DNA from: Myxococcota bacterium | GTDB taxonomy: Bacteria > Myxococcota_A > UBA9160 > JAFDDA01 | Length of the DNA: 64,000 bases | Assembly: GCA_965228475.1 (NCBI GenBank) | Contig: OZ245817.1 | Coordinates: 2,464,001-2,528,000 of the forward strand | Reading direction: 5' to 3' | Part shown: positions 1 to 9,933 of the stretch, piece after piece | Layout of the letters: each line of letters opens with the position of its first letter | Numbering within the stretch: the first letter of the stretch is position 1 | Translations under genes and position numbers: made by a program | The notes under the pieces: model-generated | What the model saw: the letters and a program-made list of their open reading frames with translations, nothing else | Databases searched by the model: none | What the model was told of the DNA's origin: nothing

Positions 1-3000
1 CCAGGTGGCCGAGCTGGCGGTCCTTCTCGTCGTCGCTCGAGCGCATCAGATCCCGCGCCCCCGCCGCCTCCTCCGGCTCGGGATTCAGGAAGGTGTTCAC
101 CCCGACGATCGGGAGCTCGCCCGAGTGCTTCAGCGTCTCGTAGTGGAGGCTCTCGTCCTGGATCTTCCCGCGCTGGTAGAGCGTCTCCATCGCACCGAGG
201 ACGCCGCCGCGGTCCGAGAGCCGCTCGAACTCCGCCAGCACCGCCTCCTCGACGAGATCCGTCAGCTCCTCGATCACGTAGCTCCCCTGCAGCGGGTTCT
301 CGTTCTTCGAGAGCCCGAGCTCGCGGTTGATCACGAGCTGGATTGCGAGGGCGCGCCGCACCGACTCCGGCGTGGGCGTGGTCACGGCTTCGTCGTAGGC
401 GTTCGTGTGGAGGCTGTTGCAGTGGTCCTGGAGCGCGGTCAGCGCCTGGAGCGTGGTGCGGATGTCGTTGAAGGACATCTCCTGGGCATGCAGCGAACGC
501 CCGGAGGTCTGGACGTGGTACTTGAGCTTCTGGCTGCGCTCGCTCGCCCCGTAGCGCTCCTTCATGGCGACGGCCCAGATGCGGCGCGCCACCCGGCCGA
601 TCACGTTGTATTCCGCATCGAGTCCGTTGCTGAAGAAGAAGGAGAAGTTCGGCGCGAAGTCGTCGATCGAGAGGCCGCGCGCGAGGTAGTACTCGGCGTA
701 GGTGAAGCCGTTCGCCAGGGTGAAGGCGAGCTGGCTGATCGGGTTCGCTCCGGCTTCGGCCATGTGGTAGCCCGAGATCGAGACCGAGTAGAAGTTCGCG
801 ACGTCGTGCTCGACGAAGTACTCCTGGATGTCCCCCATCATCTTGAGCGCGAACTCCGTCGCGAAGATGCAGGTGTTCTGGGCCTGGTCCTCCTTCAGGA
901 TGTCCGCCTGCACGGTGCCGCGGACGCGCGAGAGCACGTCGGCCTTGATGCGCGCGTAGGTCTCCGCATCGACGGCCTTCGAGCCCGGGATGCCGAGCAG
1001 GCCGAGACCGTTGCCGTCGTGGCCGGGCGGGAGTTCGCCGTCGTAGGCCGGAAGCTCCCCCGCCTTCGCCCGCACGGCCTCGAGCTGGCCGGTCTCCTTC
1101 AGGTGGCGCTCGACCTGCTGGTCGATCGCGGCGTTCAGGAAGAAAGCGAGCACCATGGGCGCCGGCCCGTTGATCGTCATCGAGACGGACGTATTGGGCG
1201 CACACAGGTCGAAGCCCGAGTAGAGCTTCTTGGCATCGTCGACGGTCGCGACGGAGACGCCCGAGTTCCCGACCTTCCCGTAGACGTCCGGCCGGGCGCC
1301 CGGATCGCGCCCGTAGAGCGTGACGCTGTCGAAGGCCGTGGAGAGCCGGGCGGCCGGCTGGCCCTCGGAGACGAGATGGAAGCGGCGGTTGGTCCGCTCC
1401 GGCGTCCCCTCCCCTGCGAACATGCGCGCCGGATCCTCGCCGCTGCGCTTGAACGGGAAGACGCCGGCCGTGAACGGGAACTGGCCCGGCAGGTTCTCGA
1501 GCCGGCGATAGCGCAGGATCTCGCCCCAGTCGTCGCTGCGCGGAACGGCGACCTTCGGGAGCTTCGTCCGCGAGAGCGTCTCGCTGTGGTTCTCGACCGG
1601 GATCTCGCGGTCGCGCACGCGGTAGGACTGGCGCTCGGCCCGGTACTGCTCGCGAAGCGACGGCCAGCTCGCGAGGCGCTCGCGGTCCTCGGCGTCGAGC
1701 GCCTCGAGCGCGCGGGCGTAGCGTTCGCGGAGGGCTGCGACCTCCTCGCTCGCGGGAGCCGGCGCATCGCTCGGGTACGGCGCACCCATGGGCGGCGGCG
1801 CGTCGCCGAGCAGGCCGAGCGTGCGTGCGAGGGCCGCGGCGTCGCGAGCCCGGTCCGCACGATCGGACGTCCCCTCCCGGAACCCGCGCACGGTCTCGGC
1901 GATCTCCGCCAGGTAGCGCGTGCGCTTGCGGGGGATCGAGACCTCGCTCGCCGCGCCGCGGGTCTCGGCGGCCGGCGCCTCGGCCACGGCATGCGGCGAC
2001 GTGTTCTGCACCGCGGCGGCCAGGCCCGCATAGAACGCGTCGAGCCCCGGATCCGTCCAGCTCCGCGCGACGGTGCCGAAGACCGGCACTTCGTCTCCCG
2101 GCGCGAGGTCCGGCCGGGTGCGCCGCCACTGCTTGCGGACGTCGCGCAGGGCGTCCTCCGCCCCGTGGCGATCACACTTGTTCAGCACCACGAGGTCCGC
2201 GAGCTCGATCATGTCGATCTTCTCGAGCTGCGAGGGAGCGCCGTACTCGGGCGTCATCACGTAGACCGAGACGTCGGCGAGGTCGACGATCTCCGAGTCG
2301 CTCTGCCCGATGCCCGCGGTCTCGACGATGATCCAGTCGTAGCCCGCGGCCTGGAGGACGCGGACGGCATCCTTCACCGCGGCCGAGAGCGCCAGGTGGG
2401 CCTGCCGGGTCGCCAACGAGCGAACGAAGACGCCCTCCCCGTGGATCGCGTTCATGCGGATGCGATCCCCGAGCAGCGCGCCGCCCGAGCGCCGCCGGCT
2501 CGGGTCGACCGACAGCACCGCGAGCGTCCGGTCCGGCTGGTGGCGGCGGAAGCGGCGGACGATCTCGTCGACCACGCTCGACTTGCCCGCGCCCCCGGTC
2601 CCGGTGAAACCGACCACCGGAGCCCGGGGCCCGGCGCGCCGCCCGTCGAGGGCCGCACGGACGGACTCGACGCCCTCCCCGCCGGCTTCCCCGTTCTCCT
2701 CGAGCCACGTGATCATGCGGGCCACGGCGAGGGGGTCGCTCGGCGCGAGCCGCTCCAACTCGTCCCCGACGCGCTCGATCGTGCGGCGCTCGCAGCGCTC
2801 GACGATCGTTCGGATCATTCCCTCGAGTCCGAGCGTGCGGCCATCCTCGGGGCCGAAAATCTTGGCCACTCCGTAGGCCTCGAGCTCGGCGGCCTCTTCC
2901 GGGGTGATCGTCCCGCCTCCGCCGCCGAAGACCTGGACGTCCGGGGCCCCGAGCTCCCGCAGCCGGTCGACGAGGAAGCGGAAGAACTCCATGTGGCCGC

Positions 3001-3235
3001 CCTGGTAGGACGAGATCGCCACCGCGTGGGCGTCTTCCTGGACCGCGGCGCGGGCGATCTCCTCGACGGAGCGGTCGTGACCGAGGTGGATGACCTCGGC
3101 CCCCTGGCTCTGCAGGATGCGGCGCATGATGTTGATGGCCGCGTCGTGGCCGTCGAACAGCGAGGCGGCCGTCACGACGCGCACCCGGGTCGGCGCGCGG
3201 TGGATCGGCGTGACGTCGGCGACGGCTTCGCTCAT
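1..3235 (-). CDS. icmF: Fused isobutyryl-CoA mutase/MeaB-like GTPase IcmF (3' end runs off window)
   Basis: Not in ORF track. Manual minus-strand translation from ATG 3235 gives MSEAVADV...VVTAASLFDGHDAAINIMRRILQSQGAEVIHLGH (B12-binding DxHxxxxN), then P-loop GFTGTGGAGKS, and mutase motif SLHTNAYDEA. ATGA overlap with merR stop. Confidence 0.95.
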   Translation of the reverse strand, partial: MSEAVADVTPIHRAPTRVRVVTAASLFDGHDAAINIMRRILQSQGAEVIHLGHDRSVEEIARAAVQEDAHAVAISSYQGGHMEFFRFLVDRLRELGAPDVQVFGGGGGTITPEEAAELEAYGVAKIFGPEDGRTLGLEGMIRTIVERCERRTIERVGDELERLAPSDPLAVARMITWLEENGEAGGEGVESVRAALDGRRAGPRAPVVGFTGTGGAGKSSVVDEIVRRFRRHQPDRTLAVLSVDPSRRRSGGALLGDRIRMNAIHGEGVFVRSLATRQAHLALSAAVKDAVRVLQAAGYDWIIVETAGIGQSDSEIVDLADVSVYVMTPEYGAPSQLEKIDMIELADLVVLNKCDRHGAEDALRDVRKQWRRTRPDLAPGDEVPVFGTVARSWTDPGLDAFYAGLAAAVQNTSPHAVAEAPAAETRGAASEVSIPRKRTRYLAEIAETVRGFREGTSDRADRARDAAALARTLGLLGDAPPPMGAPYPSDAPAPASEEVAALRERYARALEALDAEDRERLASWPSLREQYRAERQSYRVRDREIPVENHSETLSRTKLPKVAVPRSDDWGEILRYRRLENLPGQFPFTAGVFPFKRSGEDPARMFAGEGTPERTNRRFHLVSEGQPAARLSTAFDSVTLYGRDPGARPDVYGKVGNSGVSVATVDDAKKLYSGFDLCAPNTSVSMTINGPAPMVLAFFLNAAIDQQVERHLKETGQLEAVRAKAGELPAYDGELPPGHDGNGLGLLGIPGSKAVDAETYARIKADVLSRVRGTVQADILKEDQAQNTCIFATEFALKMMGDIQEYFVEHDVANFYSVSISGYHMAEAGANPISQLAFTLANGFTYAEYYLARGLSIDDFAPNFSFFFSNGLDAEYNVIGRVARRIWAVAMKERYGASERSQKLKYHVQTSGRSLHAQEMSFNDIRTTLQALTALQDHCNSLHTNAYDEAVTTPTPESVRRALAIQLVINRELGLSKNENPLQGSYVIEELTDLVEEAVLAEFERLSDRGGVLGAMETLYQRGKIQDESLHYETLKHSGELPIVGVNTFLNPEPEEAAGARDLMRSSDDEKDRQLGHL

Positions 3236-3621
3236 CGGCTCTCCTCCGCGCGCAGCAGGTCCGCCCGCTCGCCCACGTGGCTTCGATACTTCCGGATCTG
3301 GTCGCGCAGGGTTCCGAGCTCCGTGATGCGCGTGTCGAGATCCTCGAGATGGGCCTCGAGCAGCTCGTCGAGGCGCCCGAGCATCTCCTGGGTGCCGCCT
3401 CCGATCGCGTGGACGGCGTTCAGCTCCTTGATCTCGGCCAGCGAGAGCCCGAGGGCCTTCAGGCGCGTGATGAAGCGGAGACGCTCCTCCTCGTCCGGCC
3501 CGTAGACCCGCCGGCCGGCCTCCCGCCGCCGGACCCCGGGCAGCAGCCCCAGCTCCTCGTAGTACCGCACCGTCCGGGCGGAAAGCCCCGTTTTCGAACA
3601 GATTTCGCCGATCGAGTCCAT
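3232..3621 (-). CDS. MerR-family transcriptional regulator
   Basis: SIGEICSKTGLSARTVRYYEELGLL...RRVY...LRFITRLKALGLSLAEIK MerR HTH plus coiled coil. Confidence 0.93.
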   Translation of the reverse strand: MDSIGEICSKTGLSARTVRYYEELGLLPGVRRREAGRRVYGPDEEERLRFITRLKALGLSLAEIKELNAVHAIGGGTQEMLGRLDELLEAHLEDLDTRITELGTLRDQIRKYRSHVGERADLLRAEESR

Positions 3622-3634
3622 GCCCGCACCCGGT

Positions 3635-3664
3635 TGCCAGTTGACGTGAGCTGGCAGAGTAGCA
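3635..3664 (-). promoter_or_regulatory. Extended -10 (TGcTACTCT) and dyad operator TGCCAG-ttgacgtgag-CTGGCA upstream of merR-icmF
   Basis: Inverted repeat 3635-3640/3651-3656 centred on ACGT, immediately downstream of a TGn-TAnnnT element on the minus strand. Confidence 0.55.
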
Positions 3665-3704
3665 TCGGCGAGACGGGCCGGCTCCTTCGCTAGTTTCCGC
3701 GGCC

Positions 3705-4727
3705 ATGTCTCGCTTCGCGGTCCGTGGCGCCCTGGCCGCCTTCGCCTTCCTCGCCACTTCGACCCTGCTCGCGGCCCTCGCGCCCCTGCCCGAGGCCGCG
3801 GACCTCCACGGAAGAGCCCGGCAGCTCGAGGCGGGCGGCTACGACGTCGTCTTCCTCGGCCCGAGCACGGTCCGCTGCGGCCTCATCCCCGACGTCGTCG
3901 ACGAAGAACTCGCCCGGCTCGGGCGGCCGCTCCGCTCCTTCAACCTCGGGATCCCCGGCGCGCGCGCCTTCGAGCTCGACTTCTGGACCCGGCGCATCGC
4001 CGAGGATCCGCCGCCGGGGCTCCGCTACGCCGTGATCGAGCTTCATCCCGACGCGGCCACCCGGCTGATCGGGCCGCACAACCATTTCACGGACCGCGCC
4101 ATCTACTGGCACACCCCCACGCAGCTGCGCGGAGTCTTCGCCGACCTCCGGGCCTCCGATGCCTCGCCCCTCGTCAAGCTCGACCGCCTCCTGCTCCACG
4201 GACAGCACTTCCTCTGGCGCGCGACGGGGTTCGGCCAGGCCGAGCGCGCCCTGACCACACGCATCGCCGGGAGCGATGCGGCCGCGGTCGAAGCGCGTGG
4301 GTTCTCGACCGCCGATTGCACCGAGGGAGAGCGCGCCGTCACCTCTCGACAGCGATATCTGGAGAACACGGCCGAGGTCACCCGCCTGAAGGCGACCCTC
4401 GACGTCCAGCGCCGGCGCCAGGTCGACATCGATCATCTTCGCCCGGCCCACCTGCGTGCCCAGGTCGAGCGGCTTCGCCGGGCGGGGATCGAGCCGGTCT
4501 TCGTGCTCTCGCCCATTCTCGGCGCCGTCCCAGGCATCCACTCCCTGCGCACGGAGCAGATCCTGCCCGCACTGCTCGCCTTCGACTCGCCGCGCGGCTA
4601 CCCGGCGCTCTACGCACCGGAGGCGCGCTTCGACATGTGGCACCTGAACGCGGAGGGCGCCGAGCGCTTCAGCCGCGCCTTCGCCCGGCGCTTCGTCCGC
4701 TGGCTCGCGAGCGGAACCGACGGCTGA
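3705..4727 (+). CDS. Exported SGNH-like protein (AlgJ/PatB/DltD-type O-acyltransferase partner)
   Basis: N-terminal hydrophobic segment, VVFLGPS, FNLGIPG, C-terminal FDMWHLN (DxxH). TGATG-coupled to MBOAT. Confidence 0.7.
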   Translation: MSRFAVRGALAAFAFLATSTLLAALAPLPEAADLHGRARQLEAGGYDVVFLGPSTVRCGLIPDVVDEELARLGRPLRSFNLGIPGARAFELDFWTRRIAEDPPPGLRYAVIELHPDAATRLIGPHNHFTDRAIYWHTPTQLRGVFADLRASDASPLVKLDRLLLHGQHFLWRATGFGQAERALTTRIAGSDAAAVEARGFSTADCTEGERAVTSRQRYLENTAEVTRLKATLDVQRRRQVDIDHLRPAHLRAQVERLRRAGIEPVFVLSPILGAVPGIHSLRTEQILPALLAFDSPRGYPALYAPEARFDMWHLNAEGAERFSRAFARRFVRWLASGTDG

Positions 4728-6115
4728 TGCTCTTCTCCGAGCTCGTCTTCTTCGTCTTCTTTGCCGTGGTGCTCGTGCTCCATTGGAGCGTCTCGAGCCC
4801 GACGGCGCGCAAGCGCATCCTGCTCGGCGCGAGCTACGTCTTCTACGCAGCCTGGGACCCGCGCTTCTGCGGCCTCATCCTGGCCTCGACGCTCGTCGAC
4901 TTCTTCGCCGGCGCGCGCATCGCCGGGAGCGGTTCGCCCGCGGCCCGCCGGCGCTGGCTCACCGCGAGCCTCGTCGCGAACCTCGGCATCCTCGGCTTCT
5001 TCAAGTACTGGAACTTCTTCGTCGTCTCGACGGGGAGCGCGCTCGCCGCCCTCGGGCTGCCGGCCGAGATCCGCACCCTCGAGATCATCCTGCCGGTCGG
5101 GATCAGCTTCTTCACGTTCCAGTCCATGAGCTACACGATCGACGTCTTCCGCCGCCGCATGGATCCGGCGGAGTCCTTCATCGACTTCGCCCTGTTCGTG
5201 AGCTTCTTCCCGCAGCTCGTCGCGGGGCCGATCGTCCGCGCGAGTGAGTTCATCCCCCAGCTCGCCCGCCCCCGGGTGCGAAGCGACGTCCGGATCCGCG
5301 CCTCGCTGACGCTCTTTCTCGTCGGCTTCGTGAAGAAGACCTGCATCGCCGACCGGCTGGCCGAACCCGTGGATGCCGTCTTCACGCCGGGCGCGGGCTT
5401 CGACGCCGCGAGCCACTGGCTCGCCACGGCGCTCTACGGCGTCCAGATCTATTGCGACTTCTCGGGCTACACGGACATGGCCATCGCGACGGCGGGCCTG
5501 CTCGGCTACCGCCTCGTGCGGAACTTCGATTTCCCGTACCTCTCCCGGAGCGTGCGCGAGTTCTGGCGGCGCTGGCACATCTCGCTTTCGAGCTGGTTCC
5601 GCGACTACCTCTACGTCCCGCTCGGGGGCAACCGGCGGAGCCAGGCGATCACCCTTCGCAACCTCCTGCTCGTCTTCTTCCTGTGTGGGCTCTGGCACGG
5701 CGCGGCCTGGACCTTCGTGGTGTGGGGGCTCCTGCACGGGGCCCTGCTCGTGGCCGAACGCACCGCCTTCGGCCCGTGGCTCGCCCGGAGGCCCCGCGCC
5801 CTGCAACACGCCTACGTGTTGTTCGGCGTCGGGCTCGCGTGGATCCCCTTCCGCGCCGAGAGCCTGCCCCACGCGGGCGATTTCTTCCGGGGTTTGCTGG
5901 GCTCCGGCGGCGCGGCGGAGGCCCTCGCGTTCGGGTGGTGGCTCGTGCTCGCCGCCTTCGCGGCGCTGCACCTCGCCAACGCACGCTTCGCGCTGCCGAA
6001 GCGCCTGGCCGGATTCTCGCCCGAGGCCTTCGCCGCGGCCTACGGCGCGCTCTGGGCGGTCGCGCTCTCGCTCGTCGCCACGGGCCACCGGCCCTTCATC
6101 TACTTCCAGTTCTGA
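4727..6115 (+). CDS. MBOAT O-acyltransferase (AlgI/PatA/DltB family)
   Basis: LPVGISFFTFQSMSY, FFPQLVAGPIVR, YCDFSGYTDMA, FWRRWHISLSSWFRDYLY, GLWHGA, C-terminal PFIYFQF. Start at ATG 4727. Confidence 0.95.
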   Translation: MLFSELVFFVFFAVVLVLHWSVSSPTARKRILLGASYVFYAAWDPRFCGLILASTLVDFFAGARIAGSGSPAARRRWLTASLVANLGILGFFKYWNFFVVSTGSALAALGLPAEIRTLEIILPVGISFFTFQSMSYTIDVFRRRMDPAESFIDFALFVSFFPQLVAGPIVRASEFIPQLARPRVRSDVRIRASLTLFLVGFVKKTCIADRLAEPVDAVFTPGAGFDAASHWLATALYGVQIYCDFSGYTDMAIATAGLLGYRLVRNFDFPYLSRSVREFWRRWHISLSSWFRDYLYVPLGGNRRSQAITLRNLLLVFFLCGLWHGAAWTFVVWGLLHGALLVAERTAFGPWLARRPRALQHAYVLFGVGLAWIPFRAESLPHAGDFFRGLLGSGGAAEALAFGWWLVLAAFAALHLANARFALPKRLAGFSPEAFAAAYGALWAVALSLVATGHRPFIYFQF

Positions 6116-6127
6116 GGAGGCGCGTTT

Positions 6128-7012
6128 CTAGACGTAGCCGAGGCCGGTGATGCGCTTGCGCTTCTTGAACCAGGCCGGGTCGACCTTCACGAAGAGTTCG
6201 AGGTGCACGCGCTGCCCCATGAACTTCTCGATGCTGCGCCGGGCGCGTGAGCCGATCGCCTTGATCTGGTGCCCCCCGGCACCGATCACGATGCCCTTCT
6301 GGGAGGAGCGGCGGACCAGCAGGTTCGCCCGGATGCGGGCGATCTCGGGCCGGCTCTCGTCGAACTCGAGGATCTCGACCGCGAGCTCATAGGGAAGTTC
6401 GTCCTCGAGTTCCTGGAAGGCCGCCTCCCGAACCATCTCCGCAGCGAGGAAGCGCAGCGGGCGGTCCGTGATCTCGTCGTCCGGGTAGTACGGGGGCGAT
6501 TCGGGCAGGTAGCCGACCAGGGCGTCGAGCAGCGTCGGCGTACCGTGGCCCTTGTCCGCGGCGATGCGGAAGACCGCATCGGGCGAGCCGGCTCCCTCCG
6601 GCGGCCAGGGCCGGCTCATCGCCCGGGGCAGGTCCGACTTCGTCCCGACCAGCACCCAGGGCTTCGACGCCGCGTCGAGCCGCTCGCGCAGGGCATCGTG
6701 CCGCTCCTCCCAGCCCCGAGCGAGATCCACGAGCAGCAGGGCGACGTCGCAGTCCGAGAGCGCCTCGTCGACGGCCTCCTGCATCATCTCGTGGAGCGCG
6801 CCCTGTCCGCGGTGGACGCCTGGCGTATCGACCAGCAGGAGCTGGGCATCGGGCCGCGAGACGATCCCGAGGATCCGGCTCCGCGTGGTCTGCGGCTTGT
6901 GCGTGACGATCGCCAGCCGCTCCCCGACCAGCCGATTCAAGAGCGTCGACTTCCCGGCGTTCGGCATTCCGAGCAGCGCCACGACGCCGGCGCGGTGGGC
7001 GCCGTCAGCCAT
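6128..7012 (-). CDS. era: GTPase Era
   Basis: GMPNAGKSTL, KPQTTR, DTPG, KH motif VIGAGG, follows rnc. Confidence 0.97.
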   Translation of the reverse strand: MADGAHRAGVVALLGMPNAGKSTLLNRLVGERLAIVTHKPQTTRSRILGIVSRPDAQLLLVDTPGVHRGQGALHEMMQEAVDEALSDCDVALLLVDLARGWEERHDALRERLDAASKPWVLVGTKSDLPRAMSRPWPPEGAGSPDAVFRIAADKGHGTPTLLDALVGYLPESPPYYPDDEITDRPLRFLAAEMVREAAFQELEDELPYELAVEILEFDESRPEIARIRANLLVRRSSQKGIVIGAGGHQIKAIGSRARRSIEKFMGQRVHLELFVKVDPAWFKKRKRITGLGYV

Positions 7013-7727
7013 GCTCGACCCCGAGGCCCGCGATCGCCGCGGCCGCGGCCCGCTGTTCGGCCTCCCGCTTGGTGCGGCCCCGCCCTTCGCCGACCGTCTT
7101 CGGGCCGATCGCGACCTCCGCCGTGAAGCGGGTCTCGTCGTTCTCGACCCCGCTGTCGTGGACGAGCTCGTACGCCGGAAGCACGTGTTCCTGCGCCATG
7201 CTCCACTCCTGGAGACGGGTCTTCGCATCGCGTTCGAGCATGGCGTCGACGTCGCGCTGGTCTCCGACGGTCCGGCGCAGGAAGGCTTCGGCCGCCTCGA
7301 GCCCGCCGTCGAGATAGATCGCGCCGATCAGGGCCTCGAAGAGGTTCCCCAGCAGGCGGTCGCGGTCGGCGCCGCCCGCCTTCCGCTCCCCGCGTCCGAG
7401 CTGGACGAAGGAGCCGAGCTCGAGCCGCCGGGCCTGCTCCGCCAGGGCCCGGTTGTTGACGAGCGTCTTTCGACCGCGCGTGAGCTCGCCTTCGCTCCAC
7501 TCCGGGTGGGCGTCGAACAGCAGGTGCGCCACGACCAGGTCGAGGACCGCATCGCCCAGATACTCGAGGCGCTCGTTGCCGCGCGTGCCGTCCGTTTCGT
7601 AGGAGTAGGACGGGTGCGTGAAGGCCCGCTCGAGCAGGCCGGCATCGCGAAACGTGTAGCCGAGACGGTCTTCGAGCTGCTTCGCCATCGCCGGGTCCCA
7701 GCGGCCCTGCGCCGCGGGTTCCGTCAA
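7005..7727 (-). CDS. rnc: Ribonuclease III
   Basis: NERLEYLGDAVL signature, FEALIGAIYLDGG, dsRBD DAKTRLQE. Start TTG 7727 (overlapping mnmA stop) or ATG 7688. Confidence 0.97.
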   Translation of the reverse strand: MTEPAAQGRWDPAMAKQLEDRLGYTFRDAGLLERAFTHPSYSYETDGTRGNERLEYLGDAVLDLVVAHLLFDAHPEWSEGELTRGRKTLVNNRALAEQARRLELGSFVQLGRGERKAGGADRDRLLGNLFEALIGAIYLDGGLEAAEAFLRRTVGDQRDVDAMLERDAKTRLQEWSMAQEHVLPAYELVHDSGVENDETRFTAEVAIGPKTVGEGRGRTKREAEQRAAAAAIAGLGVEHG

Positions 7728-8791
7728 GAGAGCGCCTCGGCGATCCAGCCGCCGCCCAGCACCTCGTCTCCGTCGTAGAAGACCGCGGCCTGGCCCGGCG
7801 CCACGGCGCGCACGGGCTCGTCGAAGTGGACGACGGCACCGCCGTCGCGCGCGGGCTCCACCTTCGCCGCGGCGCCTTCGTGCCGGTAGCGGACCTGCAC
7901 GGAGGCCCGGACGCCCGCGGCCGGCGCCTCCCCCGCGACCCAGGCCACCCGCTCGAGGCGCGCACGCGCGGTCCCGAGCGCGTCGACGGAGGCCACCACG
8001 ACCCGGTTCCCGGCGGCATCGATCCGCTTCACGTACATGCGCTCGGCCGAGGACAGGCCGAGCCCGCGCCGCTGCCCCACGGTGAAGTGGTGGATTCCCT
8101 CGTGACGCCCGAGGACGCGACCGAGCTCGTCGACGATCTCCCCCTGCCCCGGCAGCCGATCGGGCCGGATCGCCTCGACCACGCGGGCGTAGTCGCCGTC
8201 CGGGACGAAGCAGATCTCCTGACTCTCGGGCTTGTCCGCCGTCTTCAGGCCGAGCGCCCGCGCGCGCGCGCGGACCGCCGGCTTCTCGAGGTCGCCGAGC
8301 GGGAACTCGATGCGCTCGAGCTGTTCCTGGCGGAGGTCGAACAGGTAGTAGCTCTGATCCTTCTGGCGGTCGCGGCCGCGCAGGAGCCGCATGCGGCCCG
8401 TCGCCGCGTCGCGCGCAACGCGGGCGTAGTGGCCCGTCGCGACCCGCTCGGCCCCCAGCGCCTGGGCGCGCTCCATCAGGTGATGGAACTTGAAGCGCTG
8501 GTTGCAGGCGACGCAGGGGATGGGCGTGCGACCGGCCAGGTACTCGTCCGCGAAGGCTTCGATCACTTCCTCGCGGAAGCGCTCGCGGTAGTTCGCCACG
8601 TAGAACCGGATCCCGAGCCGTTCCGCCACGCGGCGGGCGTCCTGGGTGTCTTCGAGCGAGCAGCAGCGTGAAGCGTCCCCGGCGAGCGCCAGGGTGACGC
8701 CGATGACCTCGCGGCCTTCCTCGGCCACGATCGCCGCCGCGACCGAGGAGTCCACGCCGCCGGACATCGCCACGACCGTGCGCTCGCTCAC
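7724..8791 (-). CDS. mnmA: tRNA 2-thiouridylase MnmA
   Basis: VAMSGGVDSS, RCC, TPIPCVACN, ATGHY, KDQSY, ESQEICF, PGQAAVFY. GTG 8791 overlaps iscS stop. Confidence 0.97.
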   Translation of the reverse strand: MSERTVVAMSGGVDSSVAAAIVAEEGREVIGVTLALAGDASRCCSLEDTQDARRVAERLGIRFYVANYRERFREEVIEAFADEYLAGRTPIPCVACNQRFKFHHLMERAQALGAERVATGHYARVARDAATGRMRLLRGRDRQKDQSYYLFDLRQEQLERIEFPLGDLEKPAVRARARALGLKTADKPESQEICFVPDGDYARVVEAIRPDRLPGQGEIVDELGRVLGRHEGIHHFTVGQRRGLGLSSAERMYVKRIDAAGNRVVVASVDALGTARARLERVAWVAGEAPAAGVRASVQVRYRHEGAAAKVEPARDGGAVVHFDEPVRAVAPGQAAVFYDGDEVLGGGWIAEALS

Positions 8792-9924
8792 GGCGCACTC
8801 CCGCGCACCCGCTCGACGAGCCGGGGCAGGAGCGCGAGCACGCGATCGATCTGCACCTCGTCGGTCCCGTGCCCCACGCTGAAGCGGACGGTGCCGCGTG
8901 CTTCCTCGGGCGTCCGGCCGAGGGCGACGAGCACCCGCGACGGCTCGATCGACCCCGAAGCACAGGCGGCGCCCGCCGAGACACACACGCCCTCGAGGTC
9001 GAGCGCTTCGACGAGTACGTCGCCCGCCGCGCCGCAGAACTCGACGGAAAGCGTGTTGGGCAGGGCCGCCTCGAAGGGCGTGTTCGAGCGCACCTCCGGA
9101 ATCGACCCGGAGATGCCGCCCCAGAGCCGGTCGCGCAGCACCGCGAAACGACGGGCCCGCTCCTCGAGCCCGCGCGAGGCGTGGAAGGCCGCGACCCCCA
9201 TGCCCACGATCCCCGCGAGGTTCTCGGTCCCACCTCGGAGGCGCCGCTCCTGCGGGCCTCCATGGATCAGCGGCGAGAGTTCGCCGCCCCGCATCGCGAG
9301 GAAGCCCACGCCCTTGGGCCCGTTGAACTTGTGCGCGGAGCCGGAGAGGAACGTCACCGGCACGGCCTCGCCGTCGACCGGAACCTTGCCGAGCGCCTGC
9401 GTGGCGTCGCAGTGGAGCGGCACGCCGCGGCGCGACGCGTCGGCCGCTACCTCGGCCACGGGCTCGACCACGCCCGTCTCGTTGTTCGCCCAGATCAGCG
9501 AGACGAGCCGCGTCTCGGCCGAGAGCGCGGTGGCCACGGCGGACGGGTCGATCCGGCCGAGGGCGTCGACGGCCACCCGCGTGATCTTCACGCCCTCGCG
9601 CTCGAGGAGCGCCGCCGGGGCCTCGATCGACGGGTGCTCGACCGTGCTCGTCACGAGCTCTCCGCCCGAGGCGAGGAGGGCCGAAAGCACGGTGTTGTTG
9701 GCCTCGGTCGCCCCGGCGGTGAAGACGATCTCCTCGGCCCCGAAGCCCACCAGCGCCGCCACCCGCTCCCGCGCGACCTCGAGCTCGGCCCGTGCCCGCG
9801 CGCCCAGGGAGTGGACGCTGGACGGGTTCCCGTAGACGTCGCGCAGGACGTGGGTCATCGCCTCGACCACTTCCGGCAGGACCGGCGTGGTGGCGTTGTG
9901 ATCGAGGTAGACGGGGTCGCCCAT
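8788..9924 (-). CDS. iscS: Cysteine desulfurase (IscS/NifS class I)
   Basis: YLDHNATTP, GNPSS, ANNETG, SAHKFNGPKG, RGGTEN, SAGAACASG. Confidence 0.95.
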   Translation of the reverse strand: MGDPVYLDHNATTPVLPEVVEAMTHVLRDVYGNPSSVHSLGARARAELEVARERVAALVGFGAEEIVFTAGATEANNTVLSALLASGGELVTSTVEHPSIEAPAALLEREGVKITRVAVDALGRIDPSAVATALSAETRLVSLIWANNETGVVEPVAEVAADASRRGVPLHCDATQALGKVPVDGEAVPVTFLSGSAHKFNGPKGVGFLAMRGGELSPLIHGGPQERRLRGGTENLAGIVGMGVAAFHASRGLEERARRFAVLRDRLWGGISGSIPEVRSNTPFEAALPNTLSVEFCGAAGDVLVEALDLEGVCVSAGAACASGSIEPSRVLVALGRTPEEARGTVRFSVGHGTDEVQIDRVLALLPRLVERVRGSAP

Positions 9925-9933
9925 GGCCCGAGC

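Noticed and set aside
5..3505. 1166-aa plus-strand ORF
   Set aside because: Antisense shadow of icmF/merR. Stop-poor reverse frames are expected at this GC, and it has no motifs.
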